Assembly: GCF_009914755.1 (NCBI RefSeq)
Contig: NC_060929.1
Strand: one strand, 5' to 3'
DNA from: the human T2T-CHM13v2.0 reference genome, Homo sapiens
Length of the DNA: 64,000 nt
Within the stretch, counting starts at the first letter, position 1; each line of letters begins with the position of its first letter. Shown here piece after piece: positions 1 to 12,815 of the stretch. The notes beneath the pieces are model-generated. The model ran no database searches, had not been told where the DNA came from, and saw nothing but the letters and a program-made list of their open reading frames with translations. The position numbers and the translations under genes were made by a program.

Positions 1-670
1 TGAAGAAATAATGGCAGATAACATGATTCTATATATGTAAAACTTTAAAAATAACATACACACACACACACTAAAGATTAAAAATCTATTAGAACTAATA
101 AACAAATTCAGCAAAGTCGAAGGAAAAAAGTCAAGTCTCCAAAGTCAGCTGCATTTCCATACACTAACAATGAACAAATCAAAAAAGAAATTAGGAAAAC
201 AATTTCATCAACAATAATATCAGAGAGAATAAAATAAACTTAACCAAGGAGGTGAAAGATTTTACATTTAAAACATGAACATTTTGCTGAAAGAAAGTAG
301 ACACACACACAAAAATGGAAAGGCATTCTGGCTTCATGAATTGGGACACTTATTAAGATGTCAAATATGTACAATCCAAAGGGATGTACATATTCTATAC
401 AAACCCTATCAAAATCCCAATAACTTCTTTTGCAACAGAAAAATCATTCTAAAATGTGTAAGAAATATCAAGAACCCTGAATATTCAAAATAATATTGAA
501 AAAGAGCAGAGAAGAAGTTCTCACAATTGCTGATTTCAAAACATATTACAAAGTTACAGTAATCCAAGTAGTGTAGTACTGCCATAAAGATAGACACATG
601 GACCAGTGGAATAGAAGAGTGAGCCCGGAAATAGACTTTTGCATTATGGTCAAATAAATTTTGATGACAG
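1..670 (+). mobile_element. Old L1M ORF2 fragment (degenerate)
   Basis: A-rich L1 ORF2-like sequence (attcagcaaagt, gaccagtggaatagaa); short (CA)n near 55-70. Confidence 0.8.
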
Positions 671-1440
671 TGAAATGGGAAAGTTCCCTGACCCCCCCTC
701 ACAGGGTATGTGACAAGGGTGTGGCTTGTCAGTTTGGCCGCAGCCTCCGCTGCTGCTCAAACTCCTTACAGAAGGGGGAGCATGCAGACGGGCAGGTGCA
801 TGAGCCTGGGTGAGTGCTTTGGGGCTCTGGCCCCACAGCAGTATATAAGGGTGGGTGCCTGCAACTCCTAAAGCCCAAGTGAGCATGGTGTGTGTTACAG
901 TGCACTCTTTTAGCTTTGCAATCTACAGACGGCTTAAGTGTTAACCAGCTCAACGCCCTCTTGGTACCCAGGTTCTTGTCTGGCATCCAGAAAGAACCAG
1001 GTCACACATAGACTTGAAGATGGTGAATGTGGGGGTTTTATTGAGTGGTGGGGATGGGATGCATGGGGAGCTGGAAAGGAGACGGAATGGGAAGATGGTC
1101 TTCCTGGAGTTCAGCCATCCAGTGGCTGATCTCCTCTCCAATCGCCCCCAGCTGAACTCCTCTTGGTGTTCAGACTCTCCTTCTCTTCTCTCTGCCACAC
1201 CATTATGCCATTCTTCTGCTCTTCTGTTCATCTCCTTTTCATCTGCTTCTGGAACCTGAGGTCTCAGATTTATATGAGTACAGGAGAGGGGCGTGTGGAG
1301 AGCCAAAAGGCAACTTTTGTGTGTGAAAACAGGAATGCATGTTCTCAGTTAGGGCCAGAGGTTTCCAGGCTTGAAATTGGGACCTTTGCCAGGGAACTGC
1401 CCTCTTCTACCCAGTATTTCTCTGTCTCCTAGCCGTATCA
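671..1440 (-). mobile_element. ERV1 3' LTR, MER50-like
   Basis: Minus strand begins TGATACGG and ends ...CCCATTTCA; preceded by polypurine tract AGAGAGGGGAGA; AATAAA at 1037-1042. Confidence 0.8.
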
Positions 1441-4225
1441 TCTCCCCTCTCTGCAGAGGCAAATCTAACTGCCATTAGAATATGGACGATGGCCAATCTT
1501 AGCTAATTTCTGCTGACAGGTGGCACTATTTTGGAGAAAACAGCAGTCAGATTCCTCCCAGAGGTTTATCTAAGGGTCCTTGCAAAAGGGAGCCGTTGTC
1601 CGAGGCTCCGGTTGCCTGACCATTTGGAGTTTGATGACCTCTAAGTGAGAGGAAAAAACAAGTTTTATAAGGTTAAGTAGGCATGGGTTAAACAAGTGTA
1701 TTATACAAGAAAATAATCTAGTGCCAAAGATCACAGAAATAACAAGTGAAAATACTAAAACCATTCTGCTTTGAGCTGTTTCACCCTGGTGAAAGAAATT
1801 AAACCTTGTATAGAAGCGGTTCAACTTTAGAAGAGAGACAACTGTTCTTGCCACATCTGTAGCAATTAACAAGTGTACCCTGGGAATTCTGGGGTTTATG
1901 GGCTTGCATGGTGGCCATTAATGCTTCTGCCTCTTTCTTGTGTCCCCCATCTCTATTGTAAAAGGCAAAGATGGCCACTTTCAGTTAGACCTCTAAAGTA
2001 TTATCTGGTCCCAGGGCCCATTTCTGCAACTTCCTCCTGATATCAGGGGCTGTCTGAGTAATAAATTTATTCTTCAGAATTAGTTGTCCCTTCACTGAAT
2101 CAGAAGATACGGGGGTATGCTTTACCAAGGCCCCTCTTAGCCTCTCCAAGAAGGCAGTGGGATTTTCATTAAATCCCTGGTCTATCATAGATAGCTTGCT
2201 ATAATCAAGAGGCTTGGTCTTAGTCCTACGTAATCCCTCCATGATGCATACCTGAAAGTATCTCCTCTTCCAGTCTCCCATTTCAACACTGGGATCCCAT
2301 CCAGGGTCATTTACTGGTACTGCTTCTCTTCCAGTCGGATAAAGTTTGCCCCCTTTCCTGACACTATATGTGAAACAAAGCTCATCCCCAAATCTCTCTG
2401 CTACTTGCAGAGCAGCCTGCTTCTCAGTGTTCATCAGGATCTGATTCAAAAGTAACACAATGTCTCTCCAAGAGAGTTCAAATACCTGGGTTAAATTCTG
2501 GAAAGCCTCTATCTATCTGTCAGGGTCATGTGAAAACTTGCCAAAAATCCCCCTTAATGTACTTTAAGTCCTGTAGGGGGAAGGAGACCTGCACCTTACT
2601 GGGGCCAAATTCACCTGGCATCTGTTGGAAGAGGAGGAGTGAGACTGGGGCTTGTCTAGGGTGAGGATTTCTAGGATTAGGCAAGCGAGAGACTGAAGCT
2701 GGATAGAGAGGTTGAGGTGGACCCAGAGGAGCAGAGCTGGAGGGAGCTGGCTTCTCTGCTGGGAGTGCCTCTGGGATTTGTTTCTTTAGTTCCCTGGAAT
2801 TGCCCTTTGCAGCCTCTCCTGAAATGACAAAGCAGGAGGGCTGGATCAATCCTACACTGTCAGCAAAGATCTAGATTTCCCTGCAAGGTATAAAAAGCCT
2901 GCACATGTGGGGCCTCAGGCCATTCGTCCTCACACCTACAGAAAATGTCCAGCTGCCAGATGGTATCACAATGAATGGTTCCTTCCTGAGACCAAGCCAG
3001 TCCTTCATAATTTGGCCAAACCTTTGTTCTGAGGGCTAGGAGGTGTTTTTCCTCCAGATTCTGAGGGTCAAAGCAGACTCAGTGGTTCAGGATACACAGG
3101 CTAGGAGGTGTTTTTCCTCCAGATTCTGAGGGTCAAAGCCGTCTCAGTGGTTCAGGATACACTCCAGAGGAGAATAAGCTGGGGGTGGTGAAGAGAGCTG
3201 GTTGCCCATTCTGAAAGACAGGGAAATAGAGGTGTCCCTCATTTCCCTTCCTTCTTTCAATGAAAACTCAGGGTGTGAGGGAGAGAGAAAGCAAGGGACT
3301 TTCTCTTCCATCTGTTGTCCCTGAGTCCTGGCAACTTTATGGATGCCACCCACAGGTGCCACTGTGGTCTGCACCCGTGAAGCAGGGTGGGGCTAGAGAA
3401 TAGGAATTATCTCCCCTCACCTATGCCTCTATTTCCCCTGCTGTTGAAAACCTTTGAGTTCCCTGGGCCTCATTTATGCCTGGAGCATGGCCTCCCTCCA
3501 TGAAGTGGGGGTTTAGTCAGCAGGAATTTGTCCTGCCCATTTACATTGTGCCTGTTGCCTGACTTTTGATCCCTCAGATCGGGCAGATCGGGTTTTCCTT
3601 TCTAGGCCCTCAGCCTGAAACCTGGAATTGAGTTTGGGACAAAAACGGATTTCAGGGGCTGCAGGTATCTTGTTTAGATTGTCTCAAATGGGCCCTGCCG
3701 AATTTGCAGTTATCAGCCAGCAGGGGTCGCTCCTCCATTATTTTCTCTATCAGAAGCAGCGTGCTGGGAAAAGGAACCCTCTCGATTAGAAAAGGAAAAA
3801 AATAAAAGAAAGAAAAACACAGCTTAAGGGGCAAAAAGGGGAGGTCCTGGGGAAAGAACCTCTTGCTCTGTGCAAATAGGTTCCTTTAATCATTATAGCC
3901 TTCCCCCGGTTCAGGCCAGGCTGAACTCCTTGGCCAGGGGAGAAAAAGTTCCACTGGGAGGCGCTGGCCAGCTGGTTCATGGGGCCACAATGGCAGGCCC
4001 AGTTTTTTCCCACCCCTTGTGGCTGTTGGGCATGGCTTGTACATGCTGTGGACACAGCCAGGTACCGAGCTGGGAAGGGAGGGGTTAAGGAGAGGTGCTG
4101 TGCACTGCTCATGCCTGTAGTTGTCGGAATGGGGGGTGGGGATGGCACCTCTAACAAAAAATGGAAACCACTTTGTTCTGAATCGCACCTTTAGTGGCTG
4201 AGCCAAATGCTCATTCTATTTAACA
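1441..4225 (-). mobile_element. ERV1 internal region (HERV-W/ERV9-like gag plus env C-terminal tail; pol and 5' LTR absent)
   Basis: MGNQLSSPPP..PLECILNH matrix start; capsid QGFNENPTAFLERLR..KFITQTAPDIRRKLQK (1985-2458); NCYRCGK knuckle remnant near 1860; env tail LFNPCLLNLIKLVFSSHLEVIKLQMV. Confidence 0.88.
3133..3210 (-). CDS. UGT3A1: Candidate alternative terminal coding exon of UGT3A1 derived from ERV gag 5' region (NGQPALFTTPSLFSSGVYPEPLRRL*)
   Basis: Strong acceptor TCTATTTCCCTGTCTTTCAG| ending at 3211; phase 0 matches the exon 4 donor; 25 codons then TGA; AATAAA downstream at 2066-2071 and in the LTR at 1037-1042. Confidence 0.7.
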   Translation of the reverse strand, partial: NGQPALFTTPSLFSSGVYPEPLRRL

Positions 4226-4420
4226 TATTGTTTAATGCATAGGAAGTTTCAATTTGGGAAGATAAAAAAATGTTTTGGAGACAGATGGTAACGATAGTTA
4301 GTTGCACAACAATATAAGTGTACTCAATGCCACTGAAGCATACCCTTAAAAATAAAGTGGTATATTTTATATTATAAATATTTGTCCACAATTAAAATAA
4401 TCAAAAAGAGAAAAAATATT
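4226..4420 (+). mobile_element. L1MB-type 3' end
   Basis: gtttcaatttgggaagat...gttgcacaacaat...aatgccactgaa followed by an A-rich tail. Confidence 0.75.
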
Positions 4421-4799
4421 TGAAAACAAGCATCTGTTGTCTCATAATCTCAACTCCCATTATTCTCTTCCTAACAATTTCCACAACTGCCCCAATGCGA
4501 AGACCTGACCCACCCTCCTGGTAGCTAAGACCTCAATTAAATCCCCATGGTTTTATTCATGCAATTGAATCTTCTACTACACTAATCTAGCCAGCGTCAC
4601 CCAGAGAACCCAGTGCTATGGCCATCTCACTTGCACCTCCACATGTTAGGTCCCCCGCTCCCTGACCTGGGGTGCTTTCCCTCCCAGCTCCATTCCTAAA
4701 TACACCTACCACCAATGCAAAGTCCATCTCATCCATAGATCATTCCCCAACTCTTCCTGTTTACTCAATATAAGATCAGGGAAGGAAGAACAGTCACTT

Positions 4800-5150
4800 T
4801 CGTACCTGGAAAGTCCAGGCCAAATCCAGGGTCTCGTGGCCTCTGCACTACACAGTGGTGGGAAGGTCACCTACATCACCTGTGCTTCTGTCCTCCTCCA
4901 TTAATAAAAATGGAGATGAACACACCTCCCTATAGATGTCAAGATACTAAATATAATAACTTCTGTAAAATGGGAACCCAGTGCTCAGAGGCAACAGGCT
5001 GCCAACTCATTTCAGCTCTCCTCCCTTTGAAAATCTTCTATAGCAGTGGTTCTGAGTCTGCGCTGTTTGAATCACCCAGGCAGCATTTACAAATTACAAT
5101 GGCAGGGGCCCACCCCAGACAAATCAAGTCAGAAAGTCTAGGTGGAACCA
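4800..5150. mobile_element. MIR fragment followed by MER5A-like DNA transposon fragment
   Basis: Degenerate MIR core (taaaaatggagatgaa); cagtggttct..gaatcacc..cccaccccaga..aatcaagtcagaa. Confidence 0.5.
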
Positions 5151-5640
5151 GGAGCCAGGGCTCTACAGGCAGGGAACACTGGAGATAACACTGTCAGTTC
5201 TTGCTGTCAGTCCCATGCAGTCCCACCCTGCTTACCCCGAATCCACAGTGTTGTCTGTTTCACTGTGAGTAGCTCATCTCCTTAACAATTATTGCATGTA
5301 ATGGGCACTAACTACGTATTTATTTTACACATAATCACACAACATAAAAATTAAAATGAAAATAGCAACTTTAATTAAAGGGCTCATCCCACTGATTCTA
5401 AGACCAGGGCATGGCAAGAGAGGAGCCAATTTAAGGAGATCTCTATCTCAGGATCCTGCAAGGCCTGACACTGTACTTGCCAAACCCTGAAAGTCAGCAC
5501 TTCCTTTAAGAACGTGCCCTAGGTGCCTCCTTTGCCAATCCCTACTTCAACCTCAGGATCCCACTGGCAGGTGGCAGCCACCAACTATGCACCCAAGGAC
5601 TCTATGTGAATCCCAAACTGAATGCTGAGGGTTCACTTAC

Positions 5641-6172
5641 TTGTGGTACTGGTTTAATAGGTTTTTCCATCAAGCCTCCAATATAAACAGTGTTGGGAAG
5701 CAGGGGCCGGGCAAAATCAAAGGCAAAATCAGAGTTAACAAACCACAACTCTGCTTTCAGTAGAAGATGAGACAAAACTGGCCTAGAGCCTTCTGGGAAA
5801 TGCTCCTTGATGGTGTTGTCAAATGTAGACTGCATGTCCCATTGGCTCCTGGAGAAACTAAAGAACATCAGAAAATTCTTCACTCGGCCCCAGAAGTCCA
5901 TGTGATCAGTCAGCAAGGAAGGGAATACTGGAACATAAGACAAGGGGCTTGGTAGCCCAAAATCCAAAGAGCCGAATGTGGTGGGAAGAATGGCCACAAA
6001 TGGTTTCACAAGCTTCTCAGCAATCAGGAAAGAACAGAAATCAAATGCTTCAACAAATACCAGATCATAGTTCTCATTCTTTAAGGAATCCATTATATCC
6101 TTTCTGCTTAGCAAATAACTACATTGAGTCCCAAATATTTCCATTAGCTTTACAAGGGCTTCAGATTCTTTT
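5641..6172 (-). CDS. UGT3A1: UGT3A1 exon 4 (RKESEALVKLMEIFGTQC...FARPLLPNTVYIGGLMEKPIKPVPQ)
   Basis: Acceptor TTACAG|, donor CAA|GTAAGT; 532 nt, cumulative 843 nt (phase 0); UGT motifs PSPLSYVP, MDFWGRVKN, DFARPLLPNTVYIGG. Confidence 0.97.
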
Positions 6173-8059
6173 CTGTAATAAAGAAAATAAATAATAAATA
6201 TTTGGGAAAGTGTAATTTTACAGTATTTGGGAGAATGTTAGACTCAAAAAAATATTTCAGGTATGTTAAGAATATAACCAGTATCCATCAACCCATTCTA
6301 CAATGTTTCAACAAATACTCTCAGCTCTGGTCACTCTGGTCCAGATATTTCTGCTCTCTAAAATGTCCCCACTTGCTCCCATCCTATTTCTTCCCCTGAT
6401 CCAATTCCCACCACCATCAATGCCAATTCAACGTCCTACTCTGGGAGCCATCTCTGACCACAGCAGATCTCAGAGTTATATGTCTCCTTTATAAATCCTG
6501 TGATGCTCTGTTAACCTTCATTTATATACTGACTTTTTGTGAGTGACTGTCTTTTCTCCAGAAATCTATGTAAGTAATTTGACAGGCTCCTTAAATATTG
6601 ATGATGTAGTCTTTTTAAAAATACTGTGTATCTTGCATTTGACAGATTGTCTCATGCAGTGAACTTTTTGATGACAATATTAGAATCCAAAATCTCAGCT
6701 GAAACGAGATTTTTCTTCCTAGCCTAGGAGTTAAACAGTAAAAAATAAAATAAAAATAAAAGCCTGGTTTGAAATTTATTATCAGTCTTTCACTTCATGC
6801 TGGCTGGAACATGCTAAAGTTTTACTGACACCTAGTTAAGACTCTTCCCTATGGCACTATTCCAGAAGCTACTGCCCTTCAATGTCTTCCCATAATTGCT
6901 TGCATGGAAAATGATCCTGTTTGTATAGAATACAGAAGAAGAGATGAAATAGATCCTGAGCAGTGGTAATAGGTACAGGTGCTCTGGAGACCACAGACCT
7001 CCTAATCACATGAAGAATGGAAGAAGCAATAGCCCAGCAAGCCTGTAACCCAGACACCATCATATCATGTCACTTCACATAAAGAAGGCCTACAGGTTTA
7101 GAACTCATGAGTGATATGCAGATCTCTGCCTGTTCTTAAGAATCAACTTTAAATTACAACAATGGTGATTCTCTGAAATTATCCACTATTTCATTTTTTA
7201 AAAAAAATTTTACATGAAGAATGATTTTTAAATATTGTGGATAAATTCAATATATACAGTATGAACTTCCCAAAAGTATAACATTAATCATATTTCAAGT
7301 AAATAAATTGAAAAAATCACAGGAAGGCACTGATCCCAGTAACTTAGAAAATATTTAACATGTATCTGGAACCTGTCTTCAAAGAAATCAAGCTGGAAGA
7401 GAAGAGACAACACATATACTTTAAAAATATGTAACAACACAAGATGCCATAGACTAAGTATCAAATGAGTGCTATATGCCAGACCTATGGAGGAGAGAAA
7501 GTGGTCTTCCAGCTTGAGTGAGGAAGCAAGCTTTATGGAATAATTAGATTTGAGCACCACCTTGACTACTGAGTAGAATTTTCAAGGAAAGCAAAGAGGA
7601 TGAAGCCACTATAATTAACTAAGAATGGCATGGATTTGTGTTTCTCCTCTTTTATGTGGCAGATGAAGGAGATTCTTTGTATTCCAGGTGAGGGCAAGAA
7701 GTCTCAGGCTCATCTCTCATTGTATACCATCATGGCATTTGATTGTTTTTAAGGAGTTTAAAAGGTGAAGGTTCAAGGTGTGAAAAATCAATGTTCATAA
7801 GAGTTTTCTCCATTAGTGAATTTATGAGAGGACAAGGAGGGAAAATAAGTGAGAATAGGTGTTTCTTTTTTCTTGACAAACAAAAGAGTTGAAGATCCTA
7901 GCTTCTTTGTTGGGGAGAATGCATACAGAGATTATAGGTGAAGTGTTGTAAGCAAGGCTCAGAGGAGCAATCCCCTGCTTTCTATAGAACCCTTACGGTA
8001 GAAGAAGGACACTATAGACTCAATTGTTGGGAATGCAAACCTTGTCTACTCTATCCACT

Positions 8060-8230
8060 CAACCACCCACCTGTCCTCTATTTCTCCATCCCCTCATTTA
8101 TCCAACTGTCCATCCATCTATCCATTCATCCACTCACACATCATCTATTTCTCCATCTATCCATCACCCACCCATCTATTTCTCTAAAACTCACTCCAAA
8201 TATCATGCATCTCTCTATTCATTTGTATCA
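8060..8230 (+). repeat. Degenerate (TCCA)n simple repeat
   Basis: catccatctatccattcatccac repeats just beyond the exon 3 donor. Confidence 0.7.
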
Positions 8231-8273
8231 CTAAAATAGTGACTCTTTGCTTCATAGAATGAAAAGAAGTTAC

Positions 8274-8388
8274 CTGCCATCCAATGCTGTTTCTATGTAG
8301 CTATCAAAATGCTTCTTAATTCTTTTTTGATGATCTTCAGGTGAAAACCACCTGATAACTTGGTATGATTTTTCCTCCTCTTTAATAT
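8274..8388 (-). CDS. UGT3A1: UGT3A1 exon 3 (DIKEEEKSYQVIRWFSPEDHQKRIKKHFDSYIETALDG)
   Basis: Acceptor TTTTCTTAG|, donor CAG|GTAAC; 115 nt; open frame continuous with exons 2 and 4. Confidence 0.94.
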
Positions 8389-8554
8389 CTAAGAAAACAC
8401 CAATTGGTTAAAAAGGTAAATATATCATACAACATGGATTAACATTAGCATGATGATATTAAAGTTTTATTCTATTAATTTTACATTTATGGAAATGTTT
8501 AAAGTTTTATGTTGATTTGGTTTTGTTTTTCTTTTTCATTCATTCAAATGCACA

Positions 8555-8790
8555 ACCTGATAATATTGAGACTTTATCATTATCCAGGCACTTTTATTCA
8601 ATTTAAAGTTATAAAAGTTTCCACTTAAAGCTTTCATTTAAAGGAACAGCTATTACACTTATTTTATAGATGAGACAACAGAAACTAATGCAGTGTGAGG
8701 TAATTTGTCTCCTTTGCACACATAATGAGCTGTAGGGCTTGTGTTTAAATGTAGGTCAGATTGATTTCAGAGCCCATGCTCTTTTCTCTT
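8555..8790 (-). mobile_element. MIR
   Basis: attttatagatgagacaacag...aggtaatttgtc...tgatttcagagcccatgctctt. Confidence 0.65.
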
Positions 8791-10141
8791 TTAGAAAAAA
8801 TCATTTTCAAGACTTAAAATAATACCTACAAATAGGTTTTTATTCAGTCAAAAAGTTCTAAAAAGCAAAATTTAAAAATGGTAGTCCCCTTCATTCTACT
8901 TACCAGCCCCACCCCTCCCCCATCACCCATGTGTAATAAGAAGTCTGACTCCATTCTTGGAGTTTGACTGCTGACTCCTTTCCAGCCCCAGCTCCTACTT
9001 CACTTTCTATGCCTCATCTGGTCAAACTGAGAAGAAAACTTCAACTCATTCTCCCTTGTTACTAATGAGAACTCCAAACCAAGCAAGCCAGGCCAAAGTG
9101 GGAGAATCCTCACCTCAATTCAAGTTTCAATCAGAAGTTTCAATAATTTGCATTGTGAGACAGGAATGACAAACAGGGATCCTCTTTTCAGTAGCCCTGG
9201 ATCATGTGTCTCAAACCAAAGCTATCTGTATGTCTCAGATGGAATTGTGTTTCTCAACTACAGCATGAGCTGTGGTTGACAGTAACTCAGTGGAATAACT
9301 CTTACCCTATGAGCACTGGTTATGTGTCCCAATCATATATCACCTCCCACACACACACCATTGTAAAGAGCACTCAGGGTTAAGACTGACATCAGTGCAA
9401 TATATGATCCCACCAAATGGTGTGAAGAATGGTAATCATTGTGTGGCATGCTCACATCCACAATCCTAAAAATAGATGGTCCACTGGGACCTCAGAAAAT
9501 GCCTTTGCTACTATTGCTGATTATATCTCTGTAGCTAAAAATGCTCCAGATGAACAGAATTATTAGGAAAAGCACCCATGACAACACTATACAGCCAAAG
9601 AGATCCTTCAAACCCAATTTAAGCCTTGGGTCTCTCAAAATTACCAGAAAGAAGGTCTCTAACCTTGCTGATACTCATTGGAACTCTCTCAGAAAGAAAC
9701 TTACAAAGATGAGCATGTTAGAAAGGACACCCATCCACCCACCACCACCAAAGTACACCTGATAACAACCAAAAAGAGAAAGAGAGAATTAGGTTAGTCA
9801 AAAGGGGTGGGGAGGGGGACGGGTGGGATGCAAGAACAAAAACTAAAACAAAGGTCTACAACTTAACCCTTTGGAAATTTAACATTTATTTTTTAACAGA
9901 AAAATTAAAAGGACACTGATTGGCTATTTTCTCTCTACATTGTAAGTTCTAGATTAACATCAGATCAAATACACCCCTGCGAACCGTAATAACCTTAATC
10001 AACAATTGGGCAAAAGTTACAGGTATATCAGAATATTTCACTAAATTTAAGTAATATTACCTCTGTACTCTTAAGGAGTTATCCAATATAATATAGACGG
10101 CAAATATATATGCCCCATCTTAAGCATTGGTACTAAATACC

Positions 10142-10808
<667 letters not shown>

Positions 10809-11708
10809 ATACTCCATAGTCTTAAGACTCATTTCCTAAAATATTCCATTGCATTCTGGGCATGGCTACTCTTAACTAACAATTAAAAAACTAACATAAA
10901 ATTGTTTCTTTGGCACTTAGAATTGGCTTAACAAAAAGGGATGCTGTGGATCTGCTTCAGTATATTAAAATTATTAACAATGCCCAAAATAGATTAAAGC
11001 AGGGCCTTTACGGATTAAATTCCATTATGAAAGATCTATTTAGAAAAGGGTTAATTGTCTCCATTCTTTCTCCCTTTAAAATCCCAATTTGGACTATTTT
11101 TAAACCTAGCAAGAATTAATGATGCCTCACAACATTTTACTACAGCCTTAATGCCAGGATCCATCACATTTAGAACCTCATACCCATGGTTATTAAAAAT
11201 TGCTTACTACATTTGAATACTAACAAATACTTTGCAATCATAGATTTGACAAATATGTTCCATTCAAGGCCTATTTCAATAGGATCTCAGTCAGTTTCCC
11301 TTTATCTTTAAAAGGCCATAAATCACCTGTAACTGGATAACTGTGGGGAACCTCAATATCCTGGCCCACAATCACTGCCAGCAAGACCATCATCATATCC
11401 AACTTTCCCTAGGAGCAGTTATGACATTATAATGAGGATGTCCTCCTTGGAGGAGACTCATCAAGCACAATCATTCAAGACATACACAGGGTGCGCTTAT
11501 TCAAGACATATTATATATACAAAGGAACGCACAAAAAGGGATGTGCCATTGCCACACACAAAGTAGAAGGCATGGTGCTTCAGTTACATTCCTGAGAAGA
11601 ATTGCTTGGTAAGTTTAACAATGCTCCATCATTACCAACATTCCATTCCCAGCATAATAGCATGAGTAACTCTCCAGACACTGTTCACACCAAAACTGGT
11701 GAAAATGA

Positions 11709-11714
11709 CACACG

Positions 11715-11751
<37 letters not shown>

Positions 11752-11753
11752 AA
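11709..11753 (+). repeat. (CA)n microsatellite
   Basis: Direct observation. Confidence 0.95.
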
Positions 11754-12419
11754 ATGCTGGAAATGGTTCTAGGGCATACAGAAAAAGAAGAAATATTTAT
11801 TCAAGAAAATCTACCAAAATTCACTGAAAACTGAGCCTAGGGTCTGTGGTATTTGAATGAAGACCCACTCTCTCCCTTTACTCAACCAACCCTGAGAGGC
11901 CAATGTCCTCTGACTGCTCCCACCAACTCCCAAACTGCAGCCAAGAAGGCAGGCTCCCTCCCTCTTGCTCCAACCCCAGCTCTCAGCCAGAGAGGTATTT
12001 TTCTGGGAGGGGCAAACTGTAAACATTTCTCGTCCTGCCCTTTTCTGCCTGTTGCTGTAGCTAAGTTCTGGCCAAATGTGTCCAAGAGGTGGGGGCTCCC
12101 TTCTACCAACCACCCCACTTGTGAAGCATGAGCTCGACCTTGGGCACAGCACTGTTGCAAATAGTGGGGTGCCACTTAACCATGACCCACCTTGTAAGTG
12201 TGAGGTTTCCTGCTGCGGGAGGAAAGCAAGGAGACCTATGCCTACTGCCCACCCCTCCACATAGCACTCAGATCCCAAAGTAGTGATGTGACTCAGAGAG
12301 AAGCGCACCACCCTCAAGTCCAGAGCTGTCGTTCAAAGATTTTTTTCCCAGGCAGAGAAGGAAGCCATAAAACAGAGGACTCCAAATTTGCTTCTAGGAT
12401 AGTTAGTTTTATTTGTAAG

Positions 12420-12746
12420 CTTGGCTAGGAGAGAGTACACGGTTAATTAATCAAACACTAATCTAGGTGTTGATATGAAAATATTTTATAGTATGCTTAT
12501 TATCTGCAATCAGTTGACTTTAAGTAAGATAGATTACCCTCAGTAATGTAGCTGGGTCTTAACCAATCAGTTGAGAGGTTTTAAAAACAAACAAACAAAA
12601 AACTCTGAGGTTTCCCAGAGGAAAAAAAAAATTCTGCTTCAAGACTGCAACATCAGATCTTGCTTGAGACTTTCCAGCTTGCCTACCTGACCTATAGATT
12701 TTGGACTTGCTAACATCTCAAATTATGTAAACCAAGTCCTTGAAAT

Positions 12747-12794
<48 letters not shown>

Positions 12795-12815
12795 AATTGG
12801 TACTGTTTTTCTGAT
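12420..12815 (+). mobile_element. MLT2-type LTR (HERV-L) containing (TG)n at 12749-12792
   Basis: tcaaacactaatctaggtgttg...cagttgactttaagtaa...aattctgcttcaagactgcaacatc. Confidence 0.78.

Noticed and set aside
1985-2458. 157-aa capsid ORF as an expressed protein
   Set aside because: Non-ATG start, and disconnected from the gag ATG by frameshifts and stops
3034-3162. CRISPR-like array or other prokaryotic system
   Set aside because: Only two adjacent copies with no spacers; the whole window is primate genomic DNA
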